Source of the DNA: Dehalococcoidia bacterium
GTDB taxonomy: Bacteria > Chloroflexota > Dehalococcoidia > DSTF01 > RBG-16-68-14
Length of the DNA stretch: 64,000 nucleotides
Assembly: GCA_040882355.1 (NCBI GenBank)
Contig: JBBEBM010000060.1
Span: forward strand, 1-64,000
Reading direction: 5' to 3'
Positions 59,171 through 64,000 of the stretch are shown one piece after another. Made by a program: the position numbers and the translations under genes. Every line of letters starts with the position of its first letter. The first letter of the stretch is position 1. Under the pieces are notes generated by a model. It was given only the letters and a program-made list of their open reading frames with translations, was not told the DNA's origin and made no database searches.

Positions 59171-60010
59171 ATGGCAGTAGTGCTGATCACGGGCTGTAGC
59201 AGCGGTTTCGGGCTGCTCTCGGCCCTCCACTTCGCCCGCAAGGGCGACACCGTCTTCGCGACGATGCGCAACACGGCCAAGGCGGCCGAGCTGGAGCGGG
59301 CGAAGGAGGCGGAGGGGCTGGCGATCGAGGTCGTTGCGCTCGACGTCACGGACGAGCAGTCGGTCTCGGACGCTGTGCGCCAGGTGCTCGACAAGGCCGG
59401 CCGCATCGACGTGCTGGTGAACAACGCCGGCCTCGGCCACCACGGCGCGATCGAGGACACCGACGACGATGAGGTGAAGGAGATCTTCGAGACGAACTTC
59501 TTCGGCGCGTTCCGCGTCACCCGCGCCGTCCTGCCTTCGATGCGAGGGCAGGGGTCGGGCACGATCGTCAACGTCTCGTCGCTCGCCGCGCCGGTCACAC
59601 CACCCTTCAGCGGCACCTACGCCGCCAGCAAGCGAGCCCTGGAGGCGATCAGCGAGGCGCTCCACTATGAGGTGCACCCGTTCGGCATACGGATCGTAAT
59701 CATCGAGCCGGGCGGGTTCGAGACGGCGATCGAGACCAATCGACGTGTGTCGCGCCGCTTCACGGAAGGCTCGCCTTACCCGGAGAGGGACGCGCGATTC
59801 CAGGCGGCGCTCTCTCGCCTGCCCGCCGCCGCTGCCCGCGACGACGCCCAGAAGGTCGCCGAGGCGATCTACGACGCCGTCAACACGAAAGAGCCGAAGC
59901 TACGCTACCTCGTCGGGCAGGACGCGGAGGGCATCGGCGGGCTGCGTCGCCAGCTCGACGACGAGCAGTTCGAGCAGACGATGCGCCAGGCGCTCGACTT
60001 CTGGGACTAG
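59171..60010 (+). CDS. SDR family oxidoreductase
   Basis: TGCSSGFG, NNAG and YAASK motifs. Confidence 0.9.
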   Translation: MAVVLITGCSSGFGLLSALHFARKGDTVFATMRNTAKAAELERAKEAEGLAIEVVALDVTDEQSVSDAVRQVLDKAGRIDVLVNNAGLGHHGAIEDTDDDEVKEIFETNFFGAFRVTRAVLPSMRGQGSGTIVNVSSLAAPVTPPFSGTYAASKRALEAISEALHYEVHPFGIRIVIIEPGGFETAIETNRRVSRRFTEGSPYPERDARFQAALSRLPAAAARDDAQKVAEAIYDAVNTKEPKLRYLVGQDAEGIGGLRRQLDDEQFEQTMRQALDFWD

Positions 60011-60055
60011 CTCGCCGGCTGCATGTTGCCTTAGGTTGTGCTAAGATAGGCCGCT

Positions 60056-60661
60056 ATGTCAGATCGACACAACGAACTGGCCCGAAGATACCCGCGCGAG
60101 CTCTCGCTCGGGGAGGAGACGCTCAGCCTCAGGCTGATGGAGCCGTCGGACCGGGACGCGGTCCTCGAGTTCGCCCGATCGCTCCCGCACGATGATCTGC
60201 TCTTCCTGCGCCTGGACATCACGACGTCCGACGGCGCGGACGAGTGGGTGCGCAACGTCGAGTCCGGGCGCACGATCACGGTGCTCGCCGAGGCCGAAGG
60301 CCGGGTCGCGGGCTACGCCAGCGTCCACCACAACGACGCCATGTGGAGCCGTCACCTCGGCGAGATCCGCGTGAACGTGGGCGCGGAGCACCGCAAGCGA
60401 GGGCTGGGCCGCCGCCTCACGGAGGAGGTTTTCAGCATCGCGCGTGAGCTGGGCCTCCGGAAGGTCACGGCTCAGATGACCACGGACCAGCGCGGGGCGC
60501 GCGCGGTGTTCGAGCGACTGGGCTTCCACCCGGAGGCGCTGCTCGCGGACTTCGTTGTCGACCGCGAGGGCAAGACCCGCGACCTGCTGATCATGTCGAA
60601 CGACGTCACCGGCTTCACCGCGGTTGAGCATGCGCGAAAGAAGGTAGGGGCGGCGAGCTAA
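60056..60661 (+). CDS. GNAT family N-acetyltransferase
   Basis: HRKRGLG motif A; FERLGF. Confidence 0.85.
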   Translation: MSDRHNELARRYPRELSLGEETLSLRLMEPSDRDAVLEFARSLPHDDLLFLRLDITTSDGADEWVRNVESGRTITVLAEAEGRVAGYASVHHNDAMWSRHLGEIRVNVGAEHRKRGLGRRLTEEVFSIARELGLRKVTAQMTTDQRGARAVFERLGFHPEALLADFVVDREGKTRDLLIMSNDVTGFTAVEHARKKVGAAS

Positions 60662-62124
60662 GCGCTCGCGACCGTGGTTGGCGTCGGGGCGGCGGGCCTG
60701 TGGTTGCCCGCGAAGACGGGAATGTCCGTGGCGGAGACACCTGCGGCGGTGCGAAGCTCCAAGAACGATTCGTCCACGCACTCTTTGAGGAAGTCGATGT
60801 CCGGCACGGCCTTCGGATCGGCTGTCAGGCCGAAGAAGAGCCGGTGGTTGTAGCTGGTCACGCCCACACCCAAGCCCATGCCCATGCTGAGCGGCACCAG
60901 CGGGTAATGCTCCAGCAGCAGTTGCCCGACGGCGTAGAGCGGGATCATTGGGCCGGGCACGTTCGTGCAGATCATGTTCACCAGCGTGTTGGGCGAGGGA
61001 ATCATGCCAGCGAGCACTTGCAGCGGCGCCGGCGCCAGCGAGCCGAGTCTCGAGACCAGCTCCAGCCCGGCCGCCTGGTTCCCTTGCTTGAGCGAGTTCA
61101 CGTGCTCCTGGATGGCGCGATAGCGCTTTCCTGCGTCGCCCTCGCCTAGCGGCAGCGAGGTGAGCATCATCGAGACGCGGTTGCCCAGGGCGCCCTGCTC
61201 CTCTTCGTGCCGGACGTTGACGGGCACTGCGACTCTGATCTCGACGCCGTCGACCTGATGCCCGTGCTGCAGCAGGTAGCGTCGCAACGCGCCGGCGAGC
61301 ACCGTGAGCACGACGTCGTTGACGGTGCCGCCCAGCGACGTCCGGATCTCGCGGATCTCGATGAACGACATCTCGCTGAAACCGAGCAGCCGGTCAGGGC
61401 CGATGGTTACGGCGAACGGCGTGCGGGGCGCCGGCCTCGTCAGGTAAGGCGAGGCGAGCGTGAAGGCGCGCATGGCGTCCTGCGCGCGCTTCCACTGAGC
61501 CTGCGGGTCGATCATGCCCTGCACCCAGTCCTGGAACGCGCCGAGCTGCCGGTCGACCTGGTCCCAGAACGCGCCCTCGACCCGGGTCGGCGCTGCGGGC
61601 AACGGCTGGGGCTCCCAGGGGGCCGCCTCGGGTGGGGGCGCCTCCTCCGGGGTCAGGTCGACGATGGCCATCAGCAGCTCGATGCCGGACACGCCGTCGA
61701 CGAGGCAGTGGTGCACCTTCGAGAGAATCGCGGAGCGGGCGCTTTCGATGCCGCTGATCACGTAGCTTTCCCAAAGCGGCTTATTTCGGTCGAGCGGTTT
61801 CGCGAAGATCTCGGCCGTCACCTCGCGGAGCTGCTCGTCGTTGCCCGGCGCAGGCAGCGAGACGTGAAAGACGTGGTTGCGAATGTCGAAGGCCGGATCG
61901 TCCTCCCAGGTCGGGTGAGAGAGGCCAAGGGGGACGAACGCCAGCCGCTGGCGGTAGCGCGGGATGTTCGGCATGCGCGAATCCATGTGGCTCAGGAACC
62001 GCTGAAACGCGATCTGCCCCTGGTAGATCCCCAGCGAGCCGATATGAAGCGGCGCGTTCGGACGTTCAAAGTACAGGAACGCCGCGTCAGGTGCGGTGAG
62101 CCGGTGGATGAGCTTCTCGGTCAT
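60658..62124 (-). CDS. Wax ester synthase/diacylglycerol acyltransferase (WS/DGAT)
   Basis: HHCLVDG, PLW, TVNDV and TNVPGP motifs. Confidence 0.92.
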   Translation of the reverse strand: MTEKLIHRLTAPDAAFLYFERPNAPLHIGSLGIYQGQIAFQRFLSHMDSRMPNIPRYRQRLAFVPLGLSHPTWEDDPAFDIRNHVFHVSLPAPGNDEQLREVTAEIFAKPLDRNKPLWESYVISGIESARSAILSKVHHCLVDGVSGIELLMAIVDLTPEEAPPPEAAPWEPQPLPAAPTRVEGAFWDQVDRQLGAFQDWVQGMIDPQAQWKRAQDAMRAFTLASPYLTRPAPRTPFAVTIGPDRLLGFSEMSFIEIREIRTSLGGTVNDVVLTVLAGALRRYLLQHGHQVDGVEIRVAVPVNVRHEEEQGALGNRVSMMLTSLPLGEGDAGKRYRAIQEHVNSLKQGNQAAGLELVSRLGSLAPAPLQVLAGMIPSPNTLVNMICTNVPGPMIPLYAVGQLLLEHYPLVPLSMGMGLGVGVTSYNHRLFFGLTADPKAVPDIDFLKECVDESFLELRTAAGVSATDIPVFAGNHRPAAPTPTTVASA

Positions 62125-62283
62125 GAAATTAGGATGGCCCCGTCATCAGGTCGCAGGCTTTCCCCTAGCTTACGGCCAGTTCTAGCCGACGTCCAGGGTA
62201 CGTATAATGGAAATGCGACGCGTTTTATGATAAACATAAGGCCACACGGTGGCAATGGGCTGCGCGGTGTGGGGAGGTAAGTC

Positions 62284-63057
62284 GTGGCAATGAGCGCCAG
62301 CCAGGTGGCGCAAACTGAGTTTCAGAGCGCGCCGGTGCCGCTCTGGCGAGAGGTGCTCTTCGGCGTCGATTGGCTCTCGCTGCGTGTTTCACCCGTCTAT
62401 TACGGCTTCGGTGTACCCCGCGGCGACGGCGCCCCGGTCATCGTCATCCCCGGCTTTCTCGGCTCCGACGACTACCTCGTAGAGATGTACTACTGGCTCC
62501 GGCGGATCGGCTACAAGCCCTACTACTCACGCATCGGCCGCAACGCGGAATGCCCCGAGCTCCTCACCGATAGACTGTTCGCCACGATCGACCGCGCTCA
62601 GAAGGACACCGGCCGCAAGGTCCATCTCATCGGCCACAGCCTTGGTGGGCTGCTCGCGCGCAGCGCCGCCGGCCAGCGGCCGGAGCAGGTGGCGCAGGTG
62701 ATCTGCCTGGCCTCTCCCTTCCGCGACATCCGTGTTCACCCCATGGTGCTGGCCGCCGCCGGCTTCGTCCGCGGCCAGATCGCTCGAAACAACAACAGTC
62801 GCAAGGAGAAGACGGCGAAGCGCGACTGCTTCACCGGCGCGTGCTCGTGCGAATTCGCCGCCTCGCTGCGCAGCGACTTGCCGAGCGGGATCGATCGGAC
62901 CGCGATCTACACGAAGACGGACGGCGTCGTCGACTGGCGGAGCTGCGTGGAAGAAGACGATCGGCTCAACTCAGAAGTGAGCGGCACGCACGTCGGTCTC
63001 GCCTTCAACCCCCAGGTCTACCGCAAGGTGGCCAACCTGCTAGCTGGGCCTCGCTAG
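62284..63057 (+). CDS. Alpha/beta hydrolase (lipase/esterase)
   Basis: IPGF, GHSLGG, DGVV and HVGL motifs. Confidence 0.85.
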   Translation: MAMSASQVAQTEFQSAPVPLWREVLFGVDWLSLRVSPVYYGFGVPRGDGAPVIVIPGFLGSDDYLVEMYYWLRRIGYKPYYSRIGRNAECPELLTDRLFATIDRAQKDTGRKVHLIGHSLGGLLARSAAGQRPEQVAQVICLASPFRDIRVHPMVLAAAGFVRGQIARNNNSRKEKTAKRDCFTGACSCEFAASLRSDLPSGIDRTAIYTKTDGVVDWRSCVEEDDRLNSEVSGTHVGLAFNPQVYRKVANLLAGPR

Positions 63058-63074
63058 CTTCCCTTCCCCTGACC

Positions 63075-63803
63075 CTAAGCGCTCATCCCTGCTAGCTCGC
63101 GCTGCCCGGCGAGGTCACGCATCGCCGTCTCCATCCGGTCCTTCGCTTGGCCGATGTCGTCGCCCGCGGCGAAGGCGAGCGGCGCGCCGATGCGAATGCG
63201 CACGGCGGCCGGCCGCGACACGCGCTCGCCCGGCGGCAGGATGTCGGTCGCTCCCTCGATGTGGATCGGCAACACGGGCGTCTCCTGTCGGACGGCCAGG
63301 ATCGCCGGACCGGCGTGGAAGGGGAGCAGCTCACCTGTTCGTGAGCGGTGGCCCTCCGGGAAGATCAGCAGCGACCAATCGCGCTGGAGCAGCCACGCTG
63401 GGTAGGCGAGGGCGGCGCTGCCGCCGCCGCGGGCGATGGGCGCGGCGTTGTACTTGAGGGAGTACCAGGCGCTCTTCAGCCGCTCTCGGTAGAACCGGTC
63501 CGCCGCGGCGACGACGGCGGTCCGGCGGAAGATCCGCTGTGGCAGGAGCGAGAGGACGATGATCGTGTCGAAGTGGCTGGTGTGATTCGCGATGATGAGG
63601 CTGCGCCCGTTGACCTCGTCGAAATGCTCGAGCCCTTCGATCGTCAACGGCGAGCAATAGTGCTGGAGGTGGCGAGTGAGCAGGATTGGGCGGGCAAGAC
63701 TGCGAAAGCTCCGCGCCCAGAGGCTGAGGGCCCAGCGGTGGGGCTGTGCCTCCGCCGAGGTCGCGACTTCAGAATGACTGCCGCCGAGAGGGACGCTGGT
63801 CAT
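63075..63803 (-). CDS. 1-acyl-sn-glycerol-3-phosphate acyltransferase (PlsC-like)
   Basis: NHTSHFD and FPEG motifs; GGAGG before ATG 63803. Confidence 0.88.
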   Translation of the reverse strand: MTSVPLGGSHSEVATSAEAQPHRWALSLWARSFRSLARPILLTRHLQHYCSPLTIEGLEHFDEVNGRSLIIANHTSHFDTIIVLSLLPQRIFRRTAVVAAADRFYRERLKSAWYSLKYNAAPIARGGGSAALAYPAWLLQRDWSLLIFPEGHRSRTGELLPFHAGPAILAVRQETPVLPIHIEGATDILPPGERVSRPAAVRIRIGAPLAFAAGDDIGQAKDRMETAMRDLAGQRELAGMSA

Positions 63804-64000
63804 AATTGTCCTCCGTATGGACATGGCGCGCCCCGCGCGCACTCCTGATCGATTGCGGGTTTGATGGGGTCCTCGGAGTACAGAGAAGCCAACCGCGTCT
63901 GGCTGAAGCCTAGATCGGTGCTGACCACCCCCTTCCGTGGCTAGGGGACTGCGGAGTTCGCGCTAGCTGTCGGTGTCGGACGAATCTGATGCACGGGCCG

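Overview
High-GC bacterial window, most likely from a Chloroflexota (Dehalococcoidia-like) genome or MAG. The taxonomy is inferred from gene content and protein style, not from a marker gene. There are two 10-N scaffold gaps. Core genes: tilS, ftsB-like, uppP, cvpA, nadB-nadC, hsp20 divergent from dnaJ2-hspR-clpC, dinB, prmA-dnaJ, mreB-murA, two MoxR-DUF58-DUF4129 operons and a WS/DGAT-lipase-PlsC lipid cluster. These are interspersed with small accessory genes, often bracketed by REP-like palindromes or by duplicated gene 5' ends. The strongest candidate for an undescribed system is at 12.3-17.8 kb. Five tandem secreted proteins of three unrelated domain types all end in a shared tripartite C-terminal signal ([VL]GG[VI][AV]xxPD motif, spacer, TM helix, basic tail). 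They are followed immediately by a membrane-anchored caspase/CHAT-like (clan CD) His-Cys protease, which suggests a 'VGG-CTERM' protein sorting/processing system. Three plausible small proteins missed by the ORF track were found: desulforedoxin-like, Cys-less DUF5679-like and a DnaJ-type Zn-finger mini-protein. Candidate NrtR, HspR (HAIR) and LexA operators were also found. No rRNA, tRNA, CRISPR array, integrase or transposase was recognised. All family assignments come from motif recognition by eye; no database searches were run.
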